Assembly: GCA_041389005.1 (NCBI GenBank)
Contig: JAWKSR010000001.1
Coordinates: 38,465 to 102,464, forward strand
Direction: 5' to 3'
DNA: 64,000 bases
Source of the DNA: Minisyncoccota bacterium
Lineage (GTDB): Bacteria > Patescibacteriota > Minisyncoccia > Phycocordibacterales > UBA918
Part shown: piece after piece, positions 19,393 through 28,579 of the stretch
How positions within the stretch are numbered: position 1 is the stretch's first letter
Layout: each line of letters begins with the position of its first letter
Notes under the pieces: model-generated
Databases searched by the model: none
The model's input: the letters and a program-made list of their open reading frames with translations, nothing else
What the model was told of the DNA's origin: nothing
Position numbers and translations under genes: made by a program

Positions 19393-19775
19393 GTCGGTAT
19401 ACAACTGCTGGCTCTGTTGATGCGGTTTTTTATGATGAGTTGCGATTTGCGACTACAGAACGAAGTACTGATTGGATTGAGGCTGAATATAGTAACCATC
19501 GCACTCCACACACCTTTTACGCGACCACTACTGCACAAAGCTACCAGGCACCATATATCATTGATGCTGCGACCCATAACATCACAACCGGAGGTTCTGC
19601 TTTCTTTGATATCACGTTCAATGATGCTACTACCTCTCCGGTGTTTGTTGACTCTACGCTGGTAGTGAATGGTGACTTTGTCATTGCTACTGGTACTGTG
19701 GCGATGCCAACGACTAGGACTACTATTAAAGGATCATTTACCAACAATGGTTTCTTTATGCACAATAACTCTTGA
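19353..19775 (+). CDS. giant protein fragment 7: end of LamG-like domain
   Basis: PLQIGRYTTAGSVDAVFYDELRFATTERSTDWIEAEYSNH completes the LamG-like domain begun in fragment 6. Break at ~19340. Confidence 0.75.
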   Translation: MQVNDPAAGPLQIGRYTTAGSVDAVFYDELRFATTERSTDWIEAEYSNHRTPHTFYATTTAQSYQAPYIIDAATHNITTGGSAFFDITFNDATTSPVFVDSTLVVNGDFVIATGTVAMPTTRTTIKGSFTNNGFFMHNNS

Positions 19776-22485
19776 GTTTAAGTTTACGGGTGCGGGTAGT
19801 GAAACCATCACACTCAATGGGACAGGTTTTCTTAACTACCTCTACGATGTGACGTTTGATGGTTCTGGCAGCTGGACTTTTACTGACAGTCATGCGACAG
19901 CAACGGGCGCAGTGGTTATTGATAATGGAGCTGTTACGTTCCCGAGCAGTGTTTTAACTATTGGTGATACGTTACAAACCGATGGTTCATTTAACAGCAA
20001 CGGTGGCACTGTGCGATTCATCTCTGCTGAGTCAGAAACTATTACAACTAATGGATCTAGCTTCACAAATGTTGTGTTCGGTGATGGATCGCTGGGCTGG
20101 TACGGAGAAGATTGGACAGACAGAATAGTTTTGACTGTTGGTCCAGACGTAGTCGATGCTGATTTATTTGACTATCCGTTGTACGTTGACTTGTCTCTGC
20201 TTGGCAGTTCGTTCTGGAGTACGGTTGAGCCAACGGGGGCGGATATTCGGATTACGAGTGCTGATGGTGAAACCGAATTGCCTTTTGAAATCGTATCTAT
20301 TGATTACACAGGACAGACAGGAGAACTCCATTTCCTCACCCCAACTATTTCAGCGACTGCCAGTACTACGTTTTACATATATGTTGGTAACGCAGATGCT
20401 GAGTCTTACGCCGCTAGTGATACGTATGGCTCAGAAAATGTATGGACAGGTTATGAAGCGGTGTATCACTTTGAAGATGAACCGGGTAGTGCAGCCGATG
20501 CTACAGCCAATAATCGCGATATGGTGGCGACCGTTGGTACTCCAGCCACTACCACTGGTCAAATTGGTAAAGCCCTTGATACTACTGCAAGCAGTGTCAT
20601 GCTCGAGGATAATGACTGGACGTGGGTGTCAGGAGATAATCTATGGTCCTCAGGTCTCTACTTCCAGTCAGCTACTGATAACGGAGCGCTTTGGCAGTTC
20701 GGAGACGGTAGCGGTAGTAACAACGGCACCTACTTGGCATTTTTGCCAGATTATGACGGCAATGGCGGTCGCCACTTCTTCGGCATCACAACAGGAGGTG
20801 ACTATGACTTTACGCGGGATAATGGTAGCTGGCATCATTTCACAACCATTGGTAGGGCTACTGATGGTGAGCAAAATGAGATTTATGAAGACGATGTGTT
20901 ACGTGATGCGGTTACTCAGATTAGTTCATCACAGAACCCAACCAACACCGGACTCAAGATTGGGCGCTACCAGACCAATACCTACATGGATGTCGATGTT
21001 GATGAACTTCGCTTCGCAACGACAACACCATCACGCGCTTGGATTTCATTTGAGTATACAAACTTCTTGAATCCAGCTGCTACCTACAGTGTCGATAGTG
21101 AAAGTTTCTCCGGTTCGGTAACAACGTACACGCTTGATGAAGCAAACGTGAATGTTGCCGGGGACCTCATCGTTTCCGGAGTTCGTCTGGTAGCTCCTAC
21201 CGATACTTTGAGCATCGGTGGATCAGCACTCAATACATCAGGTGTATTCGATCCGAATAATGCTACTACTACCTTTAATAGTACTGATACGGGAGAAACC
21301 TTTGATTTTGGTGACGTGACATTTTATAACTTGTCATTTAATGGAGTTGGTGGTGGCTGGACCGTCAGTACAACGAGTGTGGCAAATAATCTTAGTCTGG
21401 TGACTGGGGCGAGCTTTGCGATGAGTCCAAACACCACTCTTTCAGTAGGGGGTCGCTTCAGCAACACATTTACCGCCACCTCCACAACCTGGACAGATAG
21501 CACATTGGTGTTGACAGGGGGAGATTATACCGTGACAGACCGTCTTGATAACGGGGACGACTATGCCACGCTTGTAGTCGGCAACGACACAGATATTGTG
21601 TTGTGGAATTCTACGATTAGCACCTCCACAGTGCGTGATACGTCTTCAATTTACATGCCCGACTTCGGTGGAGTGGACGGACACCTACGTATTTATGGTG
21701 ATTATGAACGAACCAGTGGAAACGAATATTGGAGTTATGCTACTGACTTTGATGGAACTGACTTGACTGGCGGAAGTGAGCGAGCGGTCACTGTTACTAT
21801 GAAAAATGGTAGCGCTGTGACAATCGGTACCAGTTCAGCATTATATATGCTCGGTTCGGTAGGTGCTTCTACCACCGTACAAGTTGATTTTGGTATTTAT
21901 GATCTTGAGTTACGTAATGCCACGTTAGCCGCAGCGTATGCTGAACTGAGTGGAGGCGGCGCGTCAGGACTCGAACTGCTCGATAACACCACCGTTTCTA
22001 CTTTCAATAACGTACAGTTTGCTGTAGCAGCGGGACGAACCGGTTTGACATTGGATGCGGCAACAATGAATGCGCAACCTTCATCAGAGTGGACCAACAT
22101 CGATTTTGCCTCAACAACTGGTACCAACATTTACCAGGCTGATTGGACTGGACAGATGGTAGTCACCGTCGCAGCGAGTGCAGTTGATGAGTCATTATCT
22201 GATTTTCCTGTTTATGTAGATCTTTCACGCCTTGGCGCAGACTTCTGGAGTGCGGTTAATAGCAATGGAAGTGATATTCGTATCACTACTGCTGGGGGAC
22301 GGGAGTTGCCAATTGATCTAGTGGAAATTGATGTAAGTACAGAGACCGGGGAATTACACTTCTTAGCCGATGAGCTGTCTTCGGTAAGTGACACAGCATT
22401 CTATCTACACTATGGAAATGGTAGCGCCGCGTCTTACGCTGATAGTGATGGAGTATGGAACGCAAGCAGTTTGGAATGCGTATGA
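19669..22485 (+). CDS. giant protein fragment 8 (938 aa): DUF2341-like + LamG-like cassette, ~1-kb beta-helix-like block, next DUF2341-like segment
   Basis: The correct frame begins ~19765. GWYGEDWTDRIVLTVG..YPLYVDLSLLGSSFWSTVEPTGADIRI (20095). VDELRFATTTPSRAWISFEY. EYWSYATDFDGTDLTGG. YQADWTGQMVVTV..FPVYVDLSRLGADFWSAVNSNGSDIRI (22132). Confidence 0.85.
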   Translation: MVTLSLLLVLWRCQRLGLLLKDHLPTMVSLCTITLEFKFTGAGSETITLNGTGFLNYLYDVTFDGSGSWTFTDSHATATGAVVIDNGAVTFPSSVLTIGDTLQTDGSFNSNGGTVRFISAESETITTNGSSFTNVVFGDGSLGWYGEDWTDRIVLTVGPDVVDADLFDYPLYVDLSLLGSSFWSTVEPTGADIRITSADGETELPFEIVSIDYTGQTGELHFLTPTISATASTTFYIYVGNADAESYAASDTYGSENVWTGYEAVYHFEDEPGSAADATANNRDMVATVGTPATTTGQIGKALDTTASSVMLEDNDWTWVSGDNLWSSGLYFQSATDNGALWQFGDGSGSNNGTYLAFLPDYDGNGGRHFFGITTGGDYDFTRDNGSWHHFTTIGRATDGEQNEIYEDDVLRDAVTQISSSQNPTNTGLKIGRYQTNTYMDVDVDELRFATTTPSRAWISFEYTNFLNPAATYSVDSESFSGSVTTYTLDEANVNVAGDLIVSGVRLVAPTDTLSIGGSALNTSGVFDPNNATTTFNSTDTGETFDFGDVTFYNLSFNGVGGGWTVSTTSVANNLSLVTGASFAMSPNTTLSVGGRFSNTFTATSTTWTDSTLVLTGGDYTVTDRLDNGDDYATLVVGNDTDIVLWNSTISTSTVRDTSSIYMPDFGGVDGHLRIYGDYERTSGNEYWSYATDFDGTDLTGGSERAVTVTMKNGSAVTIGTSSALYMLGSVGASTTVQVDFGIYDLELRNATLAAAYAELSGGGASGLELLDNTTVSTFNNVQFAVAAGRTGLTLDAATMNAQPSSEWTNIDFASTTGTNIYQADWTGQMVVTVAASAVDESLSDFPVYVDLSRLGADFWSAVNSNGSDIRITTAGGRELPIDLVEIDVSTETGELHFLADELSSVSDTAFYLHYGNGSAASYADSDGVWNASSLECV

Positions 22486-22669
22486 AGCGTTGTATCACTT
22501 CCATGATGATCCAGCGGTGCTTATCACTGATGAAACTGGGCGCGGACGGAATCTCTTACCAGCCGTGGGTACTGCTGCGACAACCACTGGTCTGATTGGA
22601 ACGGCGCTTGATACTACCGCCAGCAATGTCATGCTGCAAAGTAGTAGTTGGACCTGGCCAGCTGGGTAA
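22388..22669 (+). CDS. giant protein fragment 9: start of LamG-like domain (copy 2 of the 448-bp repeat)
   Basis: YEALYHFHDDPAVLITDETGRGRNLLPAVG... matches 18892-19070 nucleotide for nucleotide. Ends at a TAA created by a 1-nt deletion. Confidence 0.7.
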   Translation: MTQHSIYTMEMVAPRLTLIVMEYGTQAVWNAYEALYHFHDDPAVLITDETGRGRNLLPAVGTAATTTGLIGTALDTTASNVMLQSSSWTWPAG

Positions 22670-22939
22670 ATTGGATTTCATCTGGTCTGTATTTCCAATC
22701 CGCCATTGATAATGGAGCCTTGTGGCAGTTCGGTGATGGTAGCGGAAGCAATAATGGTACGTACTTGTCATTTATGCCGTGGTATAGCAATGGTACAAGA
22801 GGGTATCACTATTTTGGTGTTACTTCTGGCGGCGATTATGCTTTCACTCGCGATAATAGTATATGGCATCACTTCACTACTATTGGTCGCGCGGCAAGTG
22901 GTGAAAGTAATCAAATTTACGAAGACAATATCTTGCGCG
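22493..22939 (+). repeat. copy 2 of the 448-bp direct repeat (1-nt deletion + 1 substitution)
   Basis: GGGTAAATTGGATT here versus GGGTATAATTTGATT in copy 1; otherwise identical as read. Confidence 0.9.
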
Positions 22940-23466
22940 ACAGTGTGACGCAATTAGGTTCATCAAGAAAATCCAACCAACACCGGACTCAAGATTGGAC
23001 GCTACCCGAACTGGTACCTATATGGATATTGAAGTGGATGAATTGCGTTTCTCTTCTACTCCAACTGATGCGGCGAGCTGCTGAATTTACAAACTTAACC
23101 GATCAAGCGAACTTCATCAGTACCAGTACAACGCCAACTGAGCGATTCAACGTGGCAGTGGTTGGTGCACCAACTACGTATTGGCGATTCTCCCAGGGTA
23201 ATGACACCCTCTATGGTGAATCGTTTGACAGCGATGATGGTGACCCAGGATCAGTACAATGGGATGATAGTAGCTTCAGCATTACTATCTCAGGTGTGGT
23301 GTATGCAGATGATGGAGTAACGCCGATGAGCGCACCAGTATGTAATGGCTCTACTGATGTGGTAAAGATCGCTTTAGACAATGTCGTTTCTTATGTCACT
23401 CCTTGTGATCCGCGCGATGGTACCTATGAAGTACCGGCGTTGCCTATACCGGTGAACCTAAAATAA
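22648..23466 (+). CDS. giant protein fragment 10: rest of LamG-like domain + start of a repeated module
   Basis: SSGLYFQSAIDNGALWQFGDGSGSNNGTY..WHHFTTIGRA. About 22960-23090 is read out of frame; the expected NPTNTGLKIGRY..DIEVDELRFSS lies in another frame. Then TYWRFSQGND..VQWDDSSF, parallel to 26880-27000. Confidence 0.7.
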   Translation: MDLASWVNWISSGLYFQSAIDNGALWQFGDGSGSNNGTYLSFMPWYSNGTRGYHYFGVTSGGDYAFTRDNSIWHHFTTIGRAASGESNQIYEDNILRDSVTQLGSSRKSNQHRTQDWTLPELVPIWILKWMNCVSLLLQLMRRAAEFTNLTDQANFISTSTTPTERFNVAVVGAPTTYWRFSQGNDTLYGESFDSDDGDPGSVQWDDSSFSITISGVVYADDGVTPMSAPVCNGSTDVVKIALDNVVSYVTPCDPRDGTYEVPALPIPVNLK

Positions 23467-24666
23467 CAACCTACATTGATAGTAATGCGTCTGAAACGCA
23501 AGTTAATGTCAGTCTATATGATCAGACAACGGGGACGGGTACAGTTTCCGGGAGCACTATCACTGTATCTCGTCCAAATGTAGTTGATGGTTCAGTACTG
23601 GTTGCCATAATCGGTAAGGACGATGATCCGGCCATTTCAGGAGCGGCAGGGTGGACAGAGATAGATTCCCTTGGAAACACAACTGGAGATGATCTTTATA
23701 CAACCGCTTGGTACAAAGTGGTTGCCGATGCCAGTACTGAACCGGCCAGCTATGATTTCGGGGGCGACAATGGTGAGGGGTATAGCTATTGGGTAGGGTC
23801 ACTTCTTAACGTTGACACCAGTACGCCAGTTGACGTTGCTTCTAGTTGGACGAAGTACCAAAATGACCAAAACCCTACTGCTGCTGAAGGACGACTGTCA
23901 CCAATGGTGCATTGGTCTTAGCAAGTTGGTATACCTTCAGGGACGGAGACCTGACCCTGCCGTTCTCTGACTGGACAAATGTTGCACCGAATATCACTGG
24001 TCCGGAAGGCAATGGATTGTCAGTAAGTACTAAGTTGCAGGCAACAGCGGGTGCTACAGGTGACGCAATAGCCTTAACCTTGAAATAAACTACGAATCCC
24101 ATGCCGCCCAATTTGCTATTCGACCAGCTAGCTCACCGACCGCTACCAGTTCGGTCACTGCTGTTGTAGTGACGCAAACACCGCTGGGTAGCAGCGGAGC
24201 TGCATATGAAACCATTACCCAAAGAGATCAAGCGGTTGGTGACGGTACGGTAGGTGCCGGAGCTGATATTGCAGTCACCCGTCCAGTAGTTGAAAACAGT
24301 GACACACTGGTGGCTATTATTGGAAAGGAAGATACCTATGATATAACCCCACCATCAGGATGGGTAAAGATTGACGATTATAGCTCCGTAACCGGTTCTG
24401 TTATGCACAGTAGTATCTGGTATAAAGTTGTTACAAATGCGGGTAGCGAACCAGCCAGTTACAACTTCACCAGCAACGACACAAGCGTTGAAGAGTATGC
24501 CTACTGGATAGGATCGTTCAGTGGCGTAGATACTAGTAGTCCGTTGATGTTACTACAACATGGAGCAATGTGCAGAACACTTCCTCACCAGTGCTCAGTA
24601 TCACTACCAATACTCCTGGTGCATATGTCTTGGCGGCGTGGAATATCATGTATGACAACGCAGTGA
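23463..24666 (+). CDS. giant protein fragment group 11: tandem pair of an unassigned ~190-aa domain (several frame breaks)
   Basis: Copy 1: ITVSRPNVVDGSVLVAIIGKDDDPAISGAAGWTEID..WYKVVADASTEPASYDF..VDTSTPVDV. Copy 2: IAVTRPVVENSDTLVAIIGKEDTYDITPPSGWVKID..WYKVVTNAGSEPASYNF..VDTSSP. Confidence 0.55.
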
Positions 24667-24767
24667 CCATGCCGGGTGGTAGCTGGCAAACACTCGCTGA
24701 GGATGTATAACAACAGCCGGGCTATTAACGTTGCCGGACAGCGGCCGCTGCCGGGGCTACAGGTCTA

Positions 24768-25412
24768 GTGACAGTCACCGATGCCAGTACCGATGACGTA
24801 AACGTTGGACAATTTGCCTTGCGTCCAGCACCGATTTCTGTTGCCAGCGGTGTGTATGATATGGACTTGTATCAGGACCGAGTAATTGTACGTCATGAAG
24901 ACGTGACCCCAATGGATATTGCGGGATTGGTGCACTTTGACAATACTGTTGATACCGACATTCCGTTTATAGCTGCTACCGGTACGCCATGGACACTCGA
25001 TGTGTTGTCAGGGAGCGGACTGATGGTATGGGATGCGATACGTTTGTGCCAAACGGGGAAGTTGATCTGCAAGGCACCGGCACTGATACAAGATGGCTCA
25101 CCGCTACTTGGTACTGGTGCTGTCTACACTGCCAGCACCTATCCGTTAACTATCGGCGGTTCTTTCTTTGCTCGTAGCGGTGCTACATACACACCAGCAA
25201 CCAGTCAAGTGACCTTCGCTGCCACGACAAGCGGTCAGTCAATTGGCGCCATTGGTGGTTCTACTATTACATTTAACAGTCTCGTATTTGACGGCGGAGG
25301 AGGGGAATGGAATATCCAAACTCCGATTGTGTCTCAGGCAGGCATTACTGTAGCCACTGGTACGGTTCGGGGTAGCATCAGTGACAATCGAAAATGGTTC
25401 ATTTGCTGGTAA
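24768..25412 (+). CDS. giant protein fragment 12
   Basis: MDLYQDRVIVRHEDVTPMDIAGLVHFDNTVDTDIPFIAATG parallels MDIYEDHVIVRHESGASQTIADMAVWDSSDGADIPFTAIDAG at ~27235. Confidence 0.65.
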   Translation: MTVTDASTDDVNVGQFALRPAPISVASGVYDMDLYQDRVIVRHEDVTPMDIAGLVHFDNTVDTDIPFIAATGTPWTLDVLSGSGLMVWDAIRLCQTGKLICKAPALIQDGSPLLGTGAVYTASTYPLTIGGSFFARSGATYTPATSQVTFAATTSGQSIGAIGGSTITFNSLVFDGGGGEWNIQTPIVSQAGITVATGTVRGSISDNRKWFICW

Positions 25413-26106
25413 TGGTTTGGTTGATATGACCGGTGGTACGGTTGTTATTGAACAGACAAATACCTTGGGTGGGGTGCAACCATGGTTGTTTAACAATCTA
25501 ACACTGGGTGACGGCAGTAGTGCGAGGATTACTACGCCAAGTGGCACTGCCACCACTACTGTCCGAGGAGTACTTACTATTGCCGCCGGACACTTCTTAG
25601 ATGCCGGCAGTTCACACTGGACGCTTTCCGGTACGGGTAATCCATTTATAGAGACCGGAACCTTCCTTGAAGACACAAGTTCGTTTACCTATAGTGGTAA
25701 TGGAGCAAACATTCGGCGCACCGCGTATTACAATCTAGCGGTTGATACCACAACTGGTACCGCATATGCCACCGCCCCAACAACTGGGTTGCAGGTTCTC
25801 AATAATCTTGCGGTTGGTAAAAATGGTACTTCAACACTTAACGTTAATACAAATGATCCGTTGTTAGCAGTGGGTGGTGACGTATATATTGGAAATCTCG
25901 GTACGCTATTGGCAAGTGATACCAATCTCATTGAGGTGTATGGTGGTTGGAATAATGACGGAGTCTTTACTGCCAACGGCAGCTTAGTTGAGTTCTATCA
26001 AGTATCAGGTAGCAGTACGATTGCGGCAGGTAACAGTAGTTTTGCGGATGTCTCATTCCTCGGCAATGCTGACTTTACTATTAGAACATGCTACGGCAAC
26101 CGGTAA
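25381..26106 (+). CDS. giant protein fragment 13: beta-helix-like repeat block
   Basis: Repeats of the type NLTLGDGSSARITTPSGTATTTVRGVLTIAAG, YNLAVDTTTGTAYATAPTTGLQVLNNLAVG, GGDVYIGNLGTLLAS. Confidence 0.65.
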   Translation: MTIENGSFAGNGLVDMTGGTVVIEQTNTLGGVQPWLFNNLTLGDGSSARITTPSGTATTTVRGVLTIAAGHFLDAGSSHWTLSGTGNPFIETGTFLEDTSSFTYSGNGANIRRTAYYNLAVDTTTGTAYATAPTTGLQVLNNLAVGKNGTSTLNVNTNDPLLAVGGDVYIGNLGTLLASDTNLIEVYGGWNNDGVFTANGSLVEFYQVSGSSTIAAGNSSFADVSFLGNADFTIRTCYGNR

Positions 26107-26516
26107 CGTTTTGCTTGATGGTGAGAATGACTTCACGCTTGCCAGTGGTTTGAGTCTGGCAGTGGGTGGCACGTTCACTAACCGTATGGGTGGCGCCCAG
26201 ACTACATGGAGTGACACAACCCTCTATCTTTTCAGCGGTACTGATTACACCGTCAGTAATAAATCAATCACTGACACCTACGGTACGTTGCTCGTTGGCG
26301 CTCAACACACAGCCACGCTTCTGGAATTCATCAGCAGCCACTACCACGGTACGTACCGGCGGCTCAGTCTACTCAATGGATCATGCTAATGTGACGGGAG
26401 ATCTCTATATCTTTGGTGATTATGTAAACAAACGTTATGACGATGCGTGGAGCTACGCCAATGATTTTGATGGTGCTGTGCTTGGCACAGCACGTGCTGC
26501 CCAACGTGTACATTGA
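25988..26516 (+). CDS. giant protein fragment group 14 (two overlapping ORFs)
   Basis: GGAQTTWSDTTLYLFSGTDYTV.. and FWNSSAATTTVRTGGSVYSMDHANVTGDLYIFGDYVNKRYDDAWSYANDFDGAVLG parallel 28480-28770. Confidence 0.6.
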
Positions 26517-26742
26517 GGACAATGGTTCGGTGTTATACCAAGGCGGTTCCTTGACTGTGCTGGGTAGCAGTACCGCTTCCACTACAGTTGTTTCTCAGAA
26601 CGGGGTACCTACGCACTCACCATTGGGGGTACTACTACCGCTTTGATGAATCATTGTGTTACGTGATACTGACATTAATGGACTGACATTTAGTGGCAGT
26701 CCGACCGTAACGACATCTCGTATGGTGACTTTGTAGTAGCGA

Positions 26743-27627
26743 TTGATGGCGGTTCAGCTATTACAGTCGGTGGCACAGCGATCAATGCCAATCAAGCTCA
26801 AAATTATATCAAACAACCGCTTCGCCACTACCACCGCTATCAGTGCCAGTAACGTTACTGCCACTGGCACCAGTGTCAGCTCATGGCGGTTTGTAAATGC
26901 GCCGGGTAATCTTTCCGGAGAAGCTAAGGATAATGATCCGGGTGGAGACCCAGGTTATATTGTGTGGGAAGACTCAGCTGCCATTATCAATATTTCCGGA
27001 AATGTATATCAAAACGATGCTGCCACCGCCTCTCTGGTTTGTAACGGGGTGACGAATAATATTTTCCTTATGGATGGTCTGACGTTTGCGAGCACGAGTT
27101 GTGCCGCAGTAACAGGTGCCTACACGTTCTCTGGAATCGCGTATGGAGCGGGAGACACAGTCACAGTGTATATAGATGGCGCGCTGGTGCAAGGAGCCAC
27201 GGTCTCAAAGGACCCAGTCTCATCAATTGGGAACATGGATATCTATGAGGATCATGTCATTGTGCGACATGAAAGTGGAGCATCGCAGACGATAGCAGAC
27301 ATGGCTGTGTGGGATAGTTCTGACGGCGCAGACATTCCATTTACCGCCATTGATGCTGGTACTGATGGTCTCATTGTCCCTGCTGATGTAAAACTATTGG
27401 TTTGGACCGATAAAACATTTGCACCTGGGGGTGATGTTACTGTGGCTGGCGGTGGTGGTGGTAGCGCCTTTGACGGAACCTTAGAGATACTAGATGACGC
27501 AACATTCACAGCCGTGGATGGTGAATCTCACAGTATTGGCGGTAGCTTACTAACAGGTAGTGGAGCAGTATTTAATGCGGCCTCAGTACTACCACCTTTA
27601 CTACTACCGGTGCGAGTCGCACCATAG
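26743..27627 (+). CDS. giant protein fragment 15
   Basis: SSWRFVNAPGNLSGEAKDNDPGGDPGYIVWEDSAAIINISGNVY..CNGVTNN..TGAYTFSGIAYGAGDTVTVYIDG repeats the 23160-23480 module. Confidence 0.7.
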   Translation: MMAVQLLQSVAQRSMPIKLKIISNNRFATTTAISASNVTATGTSVSSWRFVNAPGNLSGEAKDNDPGGDPGYIVWEDSAAIINISGNVYQNDAATASLVCNGVTNNIFLMDGLTFASTSCAAVTGAYTFSGIAYGAGDTVTVYIDGALVQGATVSKDPVSSIGNMDIYEDHVIVRHESGASQTIADMAVWDSSDGADIPFTAIDAGTDGLIVPADVKLLVWTDKTFAPGGDVTVAGGGGGSAFDGTLEILDDATFTAVDGESHSIGGSLLTGSGAVFNAASVLPPLLLPVRVAP

Positions 27628-27629
27628 AT

Positions 27630-28579
27630 ATCAATGCCGCCAACCTATACAACGTTTCATTCACTGGTAGCGGTAGCTGGACTATTACTGACGCGACATT
27701 TACCGCGCTTGGTGATGTGACTATTACAAATGGAACAGTAACACTACCAACCGGGACGGCAACATTTGGTGGTGACTTTATCAATAGTGGTGGGTCATTC
27801 ACTGGCGCGGACACAACCACTTTGTTCAATGGTACGGGAGCTGGTCAAGTGGTTACCTTTGGAGGTTCAGATCTTGCCACTACTACATTTGATGGAGTTG
27901 GCGGCAGTTGGACTATTACCGATACCGGCGCCACTACCACTGGGTCATTCACTGTTAGTAATGGAGCAGTCACTCTGCCACCGGGCGTGTTGGCAGTAGC
28001 GAATGACTTTGTTATTGAAGATACTATTTCACATAATGGCGGCACCATCAGACTTTATGACCCAAGTGCTGGGCACGCTACTAACCCTATCAGGTAATGA
28101 TCTTAACTCTGTCACGATAGCCGGAGCTGCAGACGCTGTTGTGACTGACACCAGTGCGGCATTGTTGGGAGATCTTACAATTGTCACTGGTTCCTTTACT
28201 GCTGCGAGTGGTACGCTTTCCGTTGGCGGTTCGTTTGATGCTACTGGCGGATTATTTAATCACAGTTCGGAACTATACTCTTTAATTCGGCAGACACTGG
28301 TGAAGTGGTGAATGCTGGTAACAATGATTTCTATAACGTTGTATTTAATAACGCAGGCGGTGGTTGGACACTTACCAGCGCCACGAGCACTCAAAATTTC
28401 ACTCTCACTGCCGCCAGTAGCTTTACCCTTAATACCGGTGAGGTCTTGTCAGTTGAAGGGGTGTTCATGAACGCTGTGGGGGTGCAAACACTACCTGGAG
28501 CGGGACGGCGCTTAAATTACTCTCCGGTACAGATTATTCAGTAAACACAAAGGCAACTGGTGGTGATGTATACGATACG
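27630..28579 (+). CDS. giant protein fragment group 16: beta-helix-like repeat block (ORFs 27717-28097, 28003-28311, 28305-28544)
   Basis: Repeated units: NLYNVSFTGSGSWTITDATFTALGDVTITNGTVTLPTG.., TTTFDGVGGSWTITDTGATTTGSFTVSNGAVTLPPG.., FYNVVFNNAGGGWTLTSATSTQNFTLTAAS. Confidence 0.65.

Noticed and set aside
20156-21070. 304-aa alternative + frame ORF overlapping giant-gene fragment 8.
   Set aside because: The overlapping frame encodes a well-supported DUF2341-like + LamG-like cassette. The alternative product is L/R/C/M-rich with no motifs, so it is most likely a by-product of codon composition.
18892-22939. The 448-bp direct repeats as ends of a mobile element.
   Set aside because: Both copies lie inside homologous LamG-like coding modules. 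The 3.6 kb between them is more of the same gene. There is no transposase or integrase, and no target-site duplication was seen.
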